Assembly (NCBI GenBank): GCA_016302065.1
Contig: JAEDOI010000003.1
Coordinates: forward strand, 1 to 56,899
Direction of reading: 5' to 3'
DNA length: 56,899 nucleotides
Source of the DNA: Bacilli bacterium
Lineage (GTDB): Bacteria; Bacillota_I; Bacilli_A; RFN20; CAG-826
Every line of letters begins with the position of its first letter. Position 1 is the stretch's first letter. The notes below the pieces were generated by a model, which worked only from the letters and a program-made list of their open reading frames with translations, made no database searches and had not been told where the DNA came from. The position numbers and the translations under genes were made by a program. Positions 35,589-49,426 of this stretch are shown here, one piece after another.

Positions 35589-36195
35589 AAAGTTTATTAT
35601 AGTTGCTAATGGAGAATTTAAAAATGAGTCAATAAATCATAGTGATTTTGACTTAATTTGTGCTTGCGATGGTGGCTATAAATATTTAGAAAAACTAAAT
35701 ATTGTACCAGATATTGCAATTGGAGATTTTGATAGTTTAGGCTATGTTCCTAAATGTAAAGAAGTAATTAAATTAGATGTAAATAAAGATGAAACTGATC
35801 TTTTTCATGCTATAAGCGTTGGAATAAATAAAGGATATGAAAATTTTGAAATATATGGAGCAACTGGAAAAAGAGAAGCTCATACTATAGCAAATTTTCA
35901 GATTCTTTATTACTTAAGAAGGTTAAATTTAAAAGGTGTTTTAATTAATGGCCTTAATAGATATTTTTGTTTAAGTAATGAAACAGTTAAATTGAATTAT
36001 AAAAAAGGATATATTTCTATCTTTTCTTTTACTCCAAAATCAATAGTTACTTTAGAAAACTTAAAATATAATTTAAATGCACATAAAATAACAAACTATT
36101 TCCCTCTTGGAATTGATAATGAATTTATAAATAAAGAAGCCACTATTAAAGTTATTAGTGGTGCTGTTTTAGTCATTGTTGAACCTATTGAATAA
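35578..36195 (+). CDS. thiN: thiamine pyrophosphokinase
   Basis: IIVANGEF...ICACDGGY...PDIAIGDFDS is the TPK catalytic-domain signature. 205 aa. Confidence 0.85.
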   Translation: MLNKKFIIVANGEFKNESINHSDFDLICACDGGYKYLEKLNIVPDIAIGDFDSLGYVPKCKEVIKLDVNKDETDLFHAISVGINKGYENFEIYGATGKREAHTIANFQILYYLRRLNLKGVLINGLNRYFCLSNETVKLNYKKGYISIFSFTPKSIVTLENLKYNLNAHKITNYFPLGIDNEFINKEATIKVISGAVLVIVEPIE

Positions 36196-36327
36196 TAATT
36201 AAGTAAAAAATAATTTTTCATATTTTGTGTATGATTTATATTAATTTTTTATATTAGTAATTATATTACTATATAAAAAAGTAAATCCGTTTTATAATAT
36301 GTTCATACATTTGTAGGAGTATTTATT

Positions 36328-37446
36328 ATGGGTTTTAAAAAATATGAAGAAGGAACGAAAAAAGAGGAAGAAGTTCTTGTAGAAGAAGAAACGAAAAAAG
36401 AAGAGCAAAAGAAAGAATATATTAACAATTTAATCGAGGAAAACACTCGTATTTCTGAAGAAGAAAACAAGCAAGAAAAGACAATTGACGAAGAAAAAGT
36501 TTATAAAGATGTCGAACTTGCTAGATTTAATTACAACAAAATATTAAAGAAATGGAAGATACTTGGAATATGTTCTTCTTGTTTTGGTATTGCTTTAATG
36601 GTTGTTGCAATGGTTTTATTCTTTGCTTTTAAAGATAATCAAGCTGTTACAATTGTAGCTTTAGTTTTGTGTGTTCTAGGAATTATTGCTATGGGGGTAG
36701 TAAGTGTAATTAAAAACAAAGATTTGAAGAAAAAAGCTTTAAATTATGTTAATGAATATTTTGTAATTACAAATAAATTTATTTATTCTGATGATAAATT
36801 TAGCAATGTTCAATATCTTGCTGATACTCAATATAGTGATGAAGCATTTAAAAATGCTCATTTATATAAAGGAATCCATGATACAAAAAGTAGAAATTAT
36901 GTAACATTAGACTATAAAGATAGATCTTTAGTAAGTTGTGATATTTCAGCTAATGTTTTAGTAAAGGGAAGAACTTCTCCAATGTTTTTAGGAAAACTTT
37001 ATTGTTTAGAAAGAAAGCATGAGGAAGCTAAAGAAATATTAGAAAAGAAAGAAGGTGAACAAACTGAAGCTACTGATATTAAAAAGGACGTAATTATTTT
37101 TCAACTTAAAGGTGGAGATCTTAGTAGACCAATTGATGATGTTGAGGGTTTAGAAAAAATAGATGAGACAAATACATATGTTTTATATTCAAATAATAAA
37201 AAATGTAAAAAGATTTTTAATGCTAAAGTATTATCAACTTGTATGGCATTTAGAATTGATAAAACTTTAATTGATGTTGTTATTAGTATTACAAATGAAT
37301 ATATTACTATTGGTATAGATTATGCTGATGATTTCATTTCTATTCCTGTTGAAAGCGAAACAAATGTTCAAACATTAAGAAGAACTAAGAAAGACCTAGA
37401 ATTAGTTACTGAAATTTTTGATTTTGTTAATGAAAATAGTAAATAA
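36328..37446 (+). CDS. hypothetical two-TM membrane protein with a Glu/Lys-rich N-terminus
   Basis: 372 aa, AGGAG SD, two TMs around aa 85-130. No confident family (possibly DUF3137-like; low certainty). Confidence 0.55.
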   Translation: MGFKKYEEGTKKEEEVLVEEETKKEEQKKEYINNLIEENTRISEEENKQEKTIDEEKVYKDVELARFNYNKILKKWKILGICSSCFGIALMVVAMVLFFAFKDNQAVTIVALVLCVLGIIAMGVVSVIKNKDLKKKALNYVNEYFVITNKFIYSDDKFSNVQYLADTQYSDEAFKNAHLYKGIHDTKSRNYVTLDYKDRSLVSCDISANVLVKGRTSPMFLGKLYCLERKHEEAKEILEKKEGEQTEATDIKKDVIIFQLKGGDLSRPIDDVEGLEKIDETNTYVLYSNNKKCKKIFNAKVLSTCMAFRIDKTLIDVVISITNEYITIGIDYADDFISIPVESETNVQTLRRTKKDLELVTEIFDFVNENSK

Positions 37447-37470
37447 CGATTAGTTTTCGAGGTATTTACT

Positions 37471-38025
37471 ATGGAAAAGTTAAGGGGAAAATGGGTTGAA
37501 GTTCAAGGCTATAAGCATGATGGTAGAATGCATCGAATTTGGGATTCAACCTATGTAATAGATGAAACAGATGAATATGTTGTTGTTTCAAGTAAAAAAG
37601 TAAAGGTAATAGAACACGATTTTCGTATTTGGTATACCAAAGAACCAGCTATAATGGTGTTTTTTAAGGATAAATGGTGGAACATTATTGCTATGTTTAA
37701 AAAAGGTGGTATTACATATTATGTTAATTTAGCTTCACCTTTTATTATTGATAAGCAAAAAATTAAATACATTGATTATGATTTGGATATTAAAAAATAT
37801 CCTAATCAAGAAATAAGATTAATTGATGTAAAAGAATATGGATATCATAGAAAAAAATATGGATATGGTGATGAAATTGATAAAATTTTAAGATATAACA
37901 TTAATCAAATTAAGAAAAAAATGGTCAATAAAGAATTTCCTTTTAATGATGAAAAAATAAAAGAGTACTATAAACAATTTGAAGAAGAAACTAAAAAGAA
38001 GGGTGATTATGAAAATAAAGATTGA
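37471..38025 (+). CDS. DUF402 protein (nucleoside tri/diphosphatase Ntdp-like)
   Basis: KHDGRMHRIWDS...YYVNLASP...YIDYDLDIK pattern of DUF402. Confidence 0.7.
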   Translation: MEKLRGKWVEVQGYKHDGRMHRIWDSTYVIDETDEYVVVSSKKVKVIEHDFRIWYTKEPAIMVFFKDKWWNIIAMFKKGGITYYVNLASPFIIDKQKIKYIDYDLDIKKYPNQEIRLIDVKEYGYHRKKYGYGDEIDKILRYNINQIKKKMVNKEFPFNDEKIKEYYKQFEEETKKKGDYENKD

Positions 38026-38479
38026 ATCTTGCAGTGAAGAAAATACTATTTCATTAGGAATTAAGATTGCTTCGTTATTATTTAAAGAATCTTTAATTTT
38101 ATTAACTGGTGATTTAGGTGCTGGTAAAACAACTTTTACTAAAGGAATTGCTAAAGGATTAAATATTAAGGATGAAGTAAACTCTCCAACTTTTAATATT
38201 TTAAAGTGTTATTTTAATAAACCATTAAATTTATATCATATTGATGCATATCGTTTAGAAGGTGTTAATAAAGAAAATAAAAATATTGGTTTGGAAGAGG
38301 TTATTGAAGGAGACGGAGTTTGTGTTATTGAATGGCCAATGTATATTGAAGAGTTCATTCCTTCATCCTATTTAAAGGTAAATATTACGTTAAATAATAA
38401 TAATTCTCGTACAATTGAAATAGAATCATTTGGTAAGAAATATGATGAAGTTATTTGTAAATTAAAGGAGATAATTTAA
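38009..38479 (+). CDS. tsaE: tRNA t6A37 biosynthesis ATPase TsaE
   Basis: GDLGAGKTTFTKGIAKGL Walker A, SPTFNI, HIDAYR. The ATG at 38009 follows a GAAGGGTGA SD. The tracked ORF opens at 37979. Confidence 0.85.
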   Translation: MKIKIESCSEENTISLGIKIASLLFKESLILLTGDLGAGKTTFTKGIAKGLNIKDEVNSPTFNILKCYFNKPLNLYHIDAYRLEGVNKENKNIGLEEVIEGDGVCVIEWPMYIEEFIPSSYLKVNITLNNNNSRTIEIESFGKKYDEVICKLKEII

Positions 38480-39063
38480 TGTATAGTTTAATCTTAGATT
38501 CTTCTTATAAAGATCTTGTTGTTGGTATAGCTAAAGATAATGTGGTTATTGAAAACATTAATTATGAATGTTTTCAAAGACAAAGCGAATTAATGATTGT
38601 AGAAATTGAAAATGCTTTAAAAAGAAATAACATTAATCCTAAAGAAATTAATGAGGTTTTAGTTGCTTTAGGACCTGGAAGCTATACTGGAGTTAGAATT
38701 GCTCTAACTATAGCTAAAGTTTATTGTTATGCTTTAAAGATTCCATGTTATGCTTTTTCTAGTTTAAAAGTTTTACAAAATTATTCAAAACCTTCTATTT
38801 GTTTAATTAATGCTAGAAGTTCAAGGTCCTATGTTGGAGTATATGATAAAAATAATTGTTTAATACCTGACCAAGTAATGAAAAACGAGGACGTAATGAA
38901 ATATATTGAAAATCATAGGGATTTTGCAATTTGTGGAGATACTGACTATTTAGAAATAGAAGGTTATAAAGCTAACATTCCTTCTAATATGGTTGCTTTA
39001 AAAAATGAAGATGATTTGGTTAAAGATATAATGGCATTAAAAGCTGTTTATTTAAAGGATTAA
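38479..39063 (+). CDS. tsaB: tRNA t6A37 biosynthesis protein TsaB
   Basis: ILDSS..., GPGSYTGVRIALTIAK motif. TAATG overlap with tsaE. Confidence 0.85.
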   Translation: MYSLILDSSYKDLVVGIAKDNVVIENINYECFQRQSELMIVEIENALKRNNINPKEINEVLVALGPGSYTGVRIALTIAKVYCYALKIPCYAFSSLKVLQNYSKPSICLINARSSRSYVGVYDKNNCLIPDQVMKNEDVMKYIENHRDFAICGDTDYLEIEGYKANIPSNMVALKNEDDLVKDIMALKAVYLKD

Positions 39064-39064
39064 T

Positions 39065-39502
39065 ATGGAAGTTAGATTTGCCTCAAAGGATGATTTAAAT
39101 AATATTGTTATATTAGAAAAGGAATGTTTCCTCTTTCCATATAAAGATAAAGATATTCTTTATGAATTAAATGAAAATCCTTTTAGCCATACATTAGTTT
39201 TTGAAAATAATGGAGAAATAATAGGATATTTAATTTATTTAATTACATTTGATTCAGCAAGTATTGTTAGAATTGGAGTAAAAAAGAGTGAGAGAAATAA
39301 AAATATAGCAACAGAATTATTAAAAAAATGTGAAGAACACTTAAAGAAAGAAAAAGTAGAATTATTTACACTTGAAGTTAGAGAATCTAATGTTGCGGCT
39401 ATTAAACTTTATGAAAAATTTGGATTTTCAAAAATATGCTTAAAGAAAAGTTATTACGAAAATGGGGAAAATGCTATTTATATGATGAAAGGAGTTTTTT
39501 AA
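39065..39502 (+). CDS. rimI: ribosomal-protein-alanine N-acetyltransferase (GNAT)
   Basis: GNAT fold motifs (RIGVKKSERNKNIATELL). Conserved position between tsaB and tsaD. Confidence 0.75.
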   Translation: MEVRFASKDDLNNIVILEKECFLFPYKDKDILYELNENPFSHTLVFENNGEIIGYLIYLITFDSASIVRIGVKKSERNKNIATELLKKCEEHLKKEKVELFTLEVRESNVAAIKLYEKFGFSKICLKKSYYENGENAIYMMKGVF

Positions 39503-39503
39503 A

Positions 39504-40520
39504 ATGAAAGATACAATTATTCTTGCTATTGAAAGTAGTTGTGATGAGACTAGTTGTGCAATTTTAAAAAATAATAAATTGGTAGCAAATATTGTTTCAA
39601 CACAAATAGAAGTTCATCAAAAATATGGTGGAGTTATGCCTGAAATTGCTTCAAGATTACATCTTGAAAATATTCTTTGTGTAATTGATGAAGCTTTAAG
39701 TAAAGCGTCTATTAAATTAGATGATGTTGATGCTTTTGCTGTAACAAGAGGACCTGGATTGATTGGTGCTTTACATGTTGGATTGCAAGCAATTAAAACT
39801 TTAGCTTTAATTTATAATAAACCAATAATACCTGTTCATCATTTATGTGGGCATATTTATGCTAATGAATTTATTGATGAATTGAAATTTCCTCTTTTAG
39901 CAGTTGTTGTAAGTGGAGGAAATACTGAATTAGTATTAATGAAAGAACACCTTAATTTTGAAATAATTGGCGAAACAAAAGATGATGCTATTGGAGAAAG
40001 TTTTGATAAAGTAGCTAGAGTTTTAGGCCTTCCTTATCCTGGAGGAATTCAAATTGATAAGTTAGCAAAAGAAGGTAAACATTCTTATAATTTGCCAACT
40101 CCTCTCCATGATGGAAGTTTAAATGTCAGTTATAGTGGATTGAAAACTGCAGTTATTAATTTAGTTCATAAATTAGAACAAAATAATGAAGAAGTTAATA
40201 TAAATGATTTAGCTAAATCTTTTCAAGATGTAGCTGTAAATATGATTATTGACCGAGTGAAAAAAGCTGTAAATTTATATGAAATTAAAGAAATTGTTCT
40301 TGCTGGAGGAGTAAGTGCTAATAGTTATTTAAGACAAGAAATTGTAAATTTATTTAAAAATAGCAATATAAAAGTTATTATTCCACCATTATGGTGTACA
40401 ACCGATAATGCTGCAATGATTGCAAAAGTAGCTTCACATCTTTATGAAAGAAATATTTTTGCTCCATTAAGTATAGGTGTAGACCCTTCTTGGAGAATTG
40501 AGGATTACAATAAATTTTAA
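39504..40520 (+). CDS. tsaD: tRNA N6-adenosine threonylcarbamoyltransferase TsaD
   Basis: ILAIESSCDETS, GPGLIGALHVG, HHLCGHI, LAGGVSAN. Confidence 0.95.
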   Translation: MKDTIILAIESSCDETSCAILKNNKLVANIVSTQIEVHQKYGGVMPEIASRLHLENILCVIDEALSKASIKLDDVDAFAVTRGPGLIGALHVGLQAIKTLALIYNKPIIPVHHLCGHIYANEFIDELKFPLLAVVVSGGNTELVLMKEHLNFEIIGETKDDAIGESFDKVARVLGLPYPGGIQIDKLAKEGKHSYNLPTPLHDGSLNVSYSGLKTAVINLVHKLEQNNEEVNINDLAKSFQDVAVNMIIDRVKKAVNLYEIKEIVLAGGVSANSYLRQEIVNLFKNSNIKVIIPPLWCTTDNAAMIAKVASHLYERNIFAPLSIGVDPSWRIEDYNKF

Positions 40521-40554
40521 TTATAGTATAATTAAATGACATGGGAGATGTTTT

Positions 40555-41937
40555 ATGAGTCAAGAGAGAGAATTAACTGTTAAAAAATTATATTTAGAAC
40601 AAAAAAATAGTTGTTTAGAAGATGGAAAAGAAGTTGTTTTAAGCGGATGGATTAGAAGTAATAGAGATAATGGAAGTGTCGGCTTTATTGCTTTTAATGA
40701 TGGAAGTAACTTTAAAGATATTCAATTAGTCTATTCAAAAGAAACTAAAAATTATGATTCTATTAGAACTTTTAGATTTGGTTCAACAATTAAAATATTT
40801 GGAACTGTTAAATTAACTCCAACAAATAAGCAACCATTTGAAATTCAATTAACTGATGCTCTTTTATTAAATGATTATGCTGAAGATTGTCCATTGCAAA
40901 AGAAAAGACAATCATTTGAATTTTTAAGAGATATTGCTTATTTAAGACCAAGAACAAATACTTTTAATGCAGTTTTTAGAGTGAGAAATGTACTTGCATA
41001 TGCAATTCATAAATATTTCCAAGAAAATGGATTTATGTATGTCCATACACCAATTATTACAAGTAATGATGCAGAAGGAGCCGGACAAGTATTTCATGTT
41101 GCAAGTGATTTAAAGAAACCTAATGAATTTTTTAATTCAAGCGCATGTTTAACTGTTAGTGGTCAATTACATGTAGAAGCATTTGCGCTTGCTTTTAGAG
41201 ATGTTTATACATTTGGTCCTACATTTAGAGCCGAAAATTCAAATACAACTAGACATGCAAGTGAATTTTGGATGATTGAACCTGAAATTGCTTTTGCAGA
41301 TCTTGAAGATGATATGAACTTAATGGAATCATTCTTAAAATATATAATTAATTACGTTTTAGAAAATTGTAAAGATGAGATGGAATTCTTTAACACTTAT
41401 ATTGATAAAACATTATTTGATAAGTTACACCATGTTTTAAACACTCCATTTAAAAGAGTTACTTATACTGAAGGAATCGAATTATTAAAAGAAGCTGTAA
41501 AACATGGTAAAAAATTCGAGTATAACGATATTGAATGGGGAATGGACCTTCAAAGTGAACACGAAAGATATTTAACTGAAGAGATTGTTAAAGGACCAAT
41601 GTTTTTAACTGATTTTCCTAAAGAAATTAAAGCTTTTTATATGAAACAAAATAGTGATGGAAAGACTGTTGCTGCATGTGATTTACTTGTTCCTGGCGTC
41701 GGTGAAATTTGTGGTGGAAGTCAAAGAGAAGAGAACTATGAAGTTTTAAAAGCTAAAATGGAAGAGTTAGGAAATGAAAAAGGACTTGAATGGTACTTGA
41801 ATTTAAGAAAATATGGTGGATGTATCCATTCAGGATTTGGTCTTGGTTTTGATAGATTAATCATGTATATTACAGGAATTTCGAATATTAGAGATACTCA
41901 ACCTTATCCAAGAACACCTGGTAGTTTAAGGTATTAA
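40555..41937 (+). CDS. asnS: asparaginyl-tRNA synthetase
   Basis: FRAENSNTTRHASEFWMIEPE, GGSQRE, GFGLGFDRL. 460 aa. Confidence 0.9.
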   Translation: MSQERELTVKKLYLEQKNSCLEDGKEVVLSGWIRSNRDNGSVGFIAFNDGSNFKDIQLVYSKETKNYDSIRTFRFGSTIKIFGTVKLTPTNKQPFEIQLTDALLLNDYAEDCPLQKKRQSFEFLRDIAYLRPRTNTFNAVFRVRNVLAYAIHKYFQENGFMYVHTPIITSNDAEGAGQVFHVASDLKKPNEFFNSSACLTVSGQLHVEAFALAFRDVYTFGPTFRAENSNTTRHASEFWMIEPEIAFADLEDDMNLMESFLKYIINYVLENCKDEMEFFNTYIDKTLFDKLHHVLNTPFKRVTYTEGIELLKEAVKHGKKFEYNDIEWGMDLQSEHERYLTEEIVKGPMFLTDFPKEIKAFYMKQNSDGKTVAACDLLVPGVGEICGGSQREENYEVLKAKMEELGNEKGLEWYLNLRKYGGCIHSGFGLGFDRLIMYITGISNIRDTQPYPRTPGSLRY

Positions 41938-41939
41938 AC

Positions 41940-42179
41940 ATGGAAGAAAATAAAGATTATCAAATTAAAAGAATTGAAGATAATTCAACACCCGAAGCTT
42001 CTTCTTTAAAAAATGAAGAAAACAATACAAATGTTGAAGTAAATAAAATAGAGGAAGAAAAGAAACTTTCTACCTCTAGATTGTTTATTTTGTTTGTTAT
42101 TTTAGATTGTATTTTAGGACTATTTTTAGTCGCTGAATTGGTTTGGTTATTTGTTGACTTTTTTTCAAAAGCGAGTTAA
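41940..42179 (+). CDS. small hypothetical membrane protein
   Basis: 79 aa with an acidic N-terminus and one C-terminal TM. Confidence 0.45.
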   Translation: MEENKDYQIKRIEDNSTPEASSLKNEENNTNVEVNKIEEEKKLSTSRLFILFVILDCILGLFLVAELVWLFVDFFSKAS

Positions 42180-42913
42180 ACGTTTGTAACTTGACTTGTT
42201 GAATCTTGATTACTTTGTGCATCTATTTTGGTGGGTAAAGTAGTCTTTTCTTTATCATCTAAAATTGTTGAGTTAACTGTATTAATAAAGTGCATTAAAT
42301 CGATATCATCAAGGTTTTTAGTAAACATATTTAATGCTAATTTTTTAATTCTAAATTTTCTTGCTAAATAACCTTGTACCTCAAAGAAATAATAACATAA
42401 GCCGATTACTAAAATTCCAATTGTAATTATTGACATAATTCCATACCAAAGTGGGAATTCATCAAATGGAAGATCAGCATAAACTTTTGAGAAATCAAAT
42501 CCAAGTGGTGGAAAATAATTAAATTCACCTTTCCAAGGGAAAATAGTTCTTCCAAAAATATAAAACATTGATACGTATTCATTTCCATCAATACTTAAAA
42601 ATATTGAGATAGAAACAATGTAACAAAGCAAGGCAAATAGCATTATTAAAATAGCAGGAAGAGCATGTTTAAAGAAATAAACTCTTGATTTATAATTAGC
42701 AATTCTTTTGAAATCTTTCTCATTATTTACAACTTTACTTAAAATTAATTTTGACATTAATTTATCAACTCGTTTTTGTTGGTTTTTAATAATTACTTGA
42801 ATTAATCTACCAATTAAACCAAATATAAAAAAGATACTAAGTAAAATTACTAATATGGTTAATATAATTTTCCAAAAAGTGGAATCTGTAAATTTCTTAC
42901 TATCGTTGTTCAT
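42176..42913 (-). CDS. hypothetical membrane protein
   Basis: 245 aa, about 4 TMs. Overlaps the upstream gene by 14 nt. Confidence 0.55.
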   Translation of the reverse strand: MNNDSKKFTDSTFWKIILTILVILLSIFFIFGLIGRLIQVIIKNQQKRVDKLMSKLILSKVVNNEKDFKRIANYKSRVYFFKHALPAILIMLFALLCYIVSISIFLSIDGNEYVSMFYIFGRTIFPWKGEFNYFPPLGFDFSKVYADLPFDEFPLWYGIMSIITIGILVIGLCYYFFEVQGYLARKFRIKKLALNMFTKNLDDIDLMHFINTVNSTILDDKEKTTLPTKIDAQSNQDSTSQVTNV

Positions 42914-43301
42914 TATTTTTACCTTCTATGAAACCACTAGGCTCTGAATTATTTTCAATAACTTTAGTTAAATCAACAGGATTTAAAGGTTTATCATTTT
43001 CTTTATTAATATTAATTTGATTGAAAGTGTTATGGTAAGTTATATTAGAAGTGCTTACATTTTGAGTTTGGGCTTGCATCCCATTATTTAAACCATTCTT
43101 TAGAATTTCTTCAGCTCTTAAATCTTCCTCTAAAATTAAAGAATATTTTTTTCCTTTAAAGAATAAAATAATTCCCTTTATTGACATGAAAATAAACACA
43201 AATAAAAGATAAAGTCCATATAATACTAAACCTACAAGTATGAATGGCAATCCTAAAAAGAATAATAATCCTTCACCAAATATTTTTAGAAAATCTAGCA
43301 T
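42900..43301 (-). CDS. hypothetical membrane protein
   Basis: 133 aa, two N-terminal TMs, Asn/Gln-rich tail. Confidence 0.5.
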   Translation of the reverse strand: MLDFLKIFGEGLLFFLGLPFILVGLVLYGLYLLFVFIFMSIKGIILFFKGKKYSLILEEDLRAEEILKNGLNNGMQAQTQNVSTSNITYHNTFNQININKENDKPLNPVDLTKVIENNSEPSGFIEGKNNEQR

Positions 43302-43408
43302 ATTTATATTTTATTAAAGAAATTAATAAAATAAAAGAAGTATATAAAAATAGATATAAAAATATTTTAAAATATTTTTAAAAAGTAATGAATGACATAG
43401 TATAAATT

Positions 43409-43417
43409 TGCTATAAT
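43409..43417 (+). promoter_or_regulatory. Extended -10 promoter (TGCTATAAT) abutting the pcrA start
   Basis: Perfect TGnTATAAT. The ATG at 43425 lies 8 nt after the last T. No SD. Confidence 0.55.
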
Positions 43418-43424
43418 TACACAT

Positions 43425-47949
<4,525 letters not shown>

Positions 47950-47952
47950 ATT

Positions 47953-49425
47953 ATGAACTATTTAGATTTAACTATTGAAGAAATTCATGAAGCATTATTA
48001 AGTAAGAAAGTTACAGTTTTAGAACTTGTAAAAGAAGCGTTAAAAAGAGCTAAAGAAGATGTAAATAATGATTTTGAACTTATTTTAGAAGAAGACGCTA
48101 TTAAGAAAGCAATTGAATTAGATAAAAAAGAATGCCCAAAAGACAACATTTTCTTTGGAATACCTTATTGTGCTAAAGACAATTTTTCAACAAAAGGTTA
48201 CGAAACAACTGCTAGTAGTAATATTTTAAATGGTTATGTTCCTGTTTTTGATGCTACAGTAATTAAGTTATTAAATGAAAAAGGTGCTATTTTGATTGCA
48301 AAAACTACATTAGATGAGTTAGCAATGGGTGGCACTGGAACAAGTGGACATAAGGGTATTACTTATAACCCTTATAAATTAGATCATTCCACTTTAATTG
48401 GTGGATCAAGTTGTGGAAGTTGTGCTGCGGTTGCAAGTGGTATTGTTCCATTTGCTTTAGGAAGTGACACAGGAGATTCAGTTAGAAAACCAGCTTCATA
48501 TGGTGGACTTGTCGGTTTTAAACCAACTTGGGGATTGATTTCTAGATATGGTTTATTTCCTTTTGCACCTTCATTAGACCATGTTGCATTTTTTACTCGT
48601 AGTGTAAAGGATGCTTCATTTGCATTAGATTTATTATCAGTTCATGATGAAAATGACTATACCTCATATTCAAAAGAAAGAAAGTCATGCTTATTTGATG
48701 AGCATAATATTTCAACTAACAAAAAGATAGGTATTTTAAAGGAAGTTTATGATTCCATTGATGATGATACTTTAAAAAATTCTTTTGATAAGTTAATAAA
48801 TAAATTAAAAGAAGTGGGATATATAGTTGATTTTGTATCTATAGATAAGAATTTATTGTCTAGTATTTATCCATCATACATTGTTATATCAAGTGCAGAA
48901 GCTACTAGTAATAATGCTAACTTAGATGGAATTAAATTTGGTCCATATTATGATGGAAAAACATATCAAGAAGTTATGATTAATGCTCGTACAAAAGGTT
49001 TCTCTCCTTTAATTAAACGTAGATTTGTTTTAGGAAGTTATGCATTAATGAAAGAAAATCAAGAAGAAGTATTTAAGAGAGCTCAAAAGGTTAGACACTT
49101 AATTGTTAATAAAACAAATGAAATTTTATCTTCCTATGATTTCATAATTGGTCTTGCTGCGCCTTCTGTTGCTAAAAAGGTTGGAGAAGTTAGTGAACAA
49201 CTTAGCGATAAATATTTAATTGCTGATAATTATTTAGCAATTGGAAATTTTGGTGGATTCCCTTCAATTACTCTTCCTCTTGGATTTAAAGATGGTCTTC
49301 CTTTTGGAGTTAATTTGACATCAAAACCATACAGTGAAAAAGAATTATTTGAGATTTCTTATAAAATAGAAGAAATCACTGGATTAAAAAATCTAAGTGT
49401 TAACAACAAAAAGGAGGGCTTATAA
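47953..49425 (+). CDS. gatA: Asp/Glu-tRNA amidotransferase subunit A
   Basis: Amidase signature GGSSCGSCAAVASG...GSDTGDSVRKPA. Confidence 0.95.
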   Translation: MNYLDLTIEEIHEALLSKKVTVLELVKEALKRAKEDVNNDFELILEEDAIKKAIELDKKECPKDNIFFGIPYCAKDNFSTKGYETTASSNILNGYVPVFDATVIKLLNEKGAILIAKTTLDELAMGGTGTSGHKGITYNPYKLDHSTLIGGSSCGSCAAVASGIVPFALGSDTGDSVRKPASYGGLVGFKPTWGLISRYGLFPFAPSLDHVAFFTRSVKDASFALDLLSVHDENDYTSYSKERKSCLFDEHNISTNKKIGILKEVYDSIDDDTLKNSFDKLINKLKEVGYIVDFVSIDKNLLSSIYPSYIVISSAEATSNNANLDGIKFGPYYDGKTYQEVMINARTKGFSPLIKRRFVLGSYALMKENQEEVFKRAQKVRHLIVNKTNEILSSYDFIIGLAAPSVAKKVGEVSEQLSDKYLIADNYLAIGNFGGFPSITLPLGFKDGLPFGVNLTSKPYSEKELFEISYKIEEITGLKNLSVNNKKEGL

Positions 49426-49426
49426 T

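Noticed and set aside
40521-40554. T-box leader upstream of asnS (and likewise upstream of proS at 13875-13878)
   Set aside because: The intergenic spaces are only 34 nt and 4 nt, far too short for a T-box riboswitch.
40378-40563. 61-aa minus-strand ORF
   Set aside because: Antisense to the tsaD 3' end and the asnS start.
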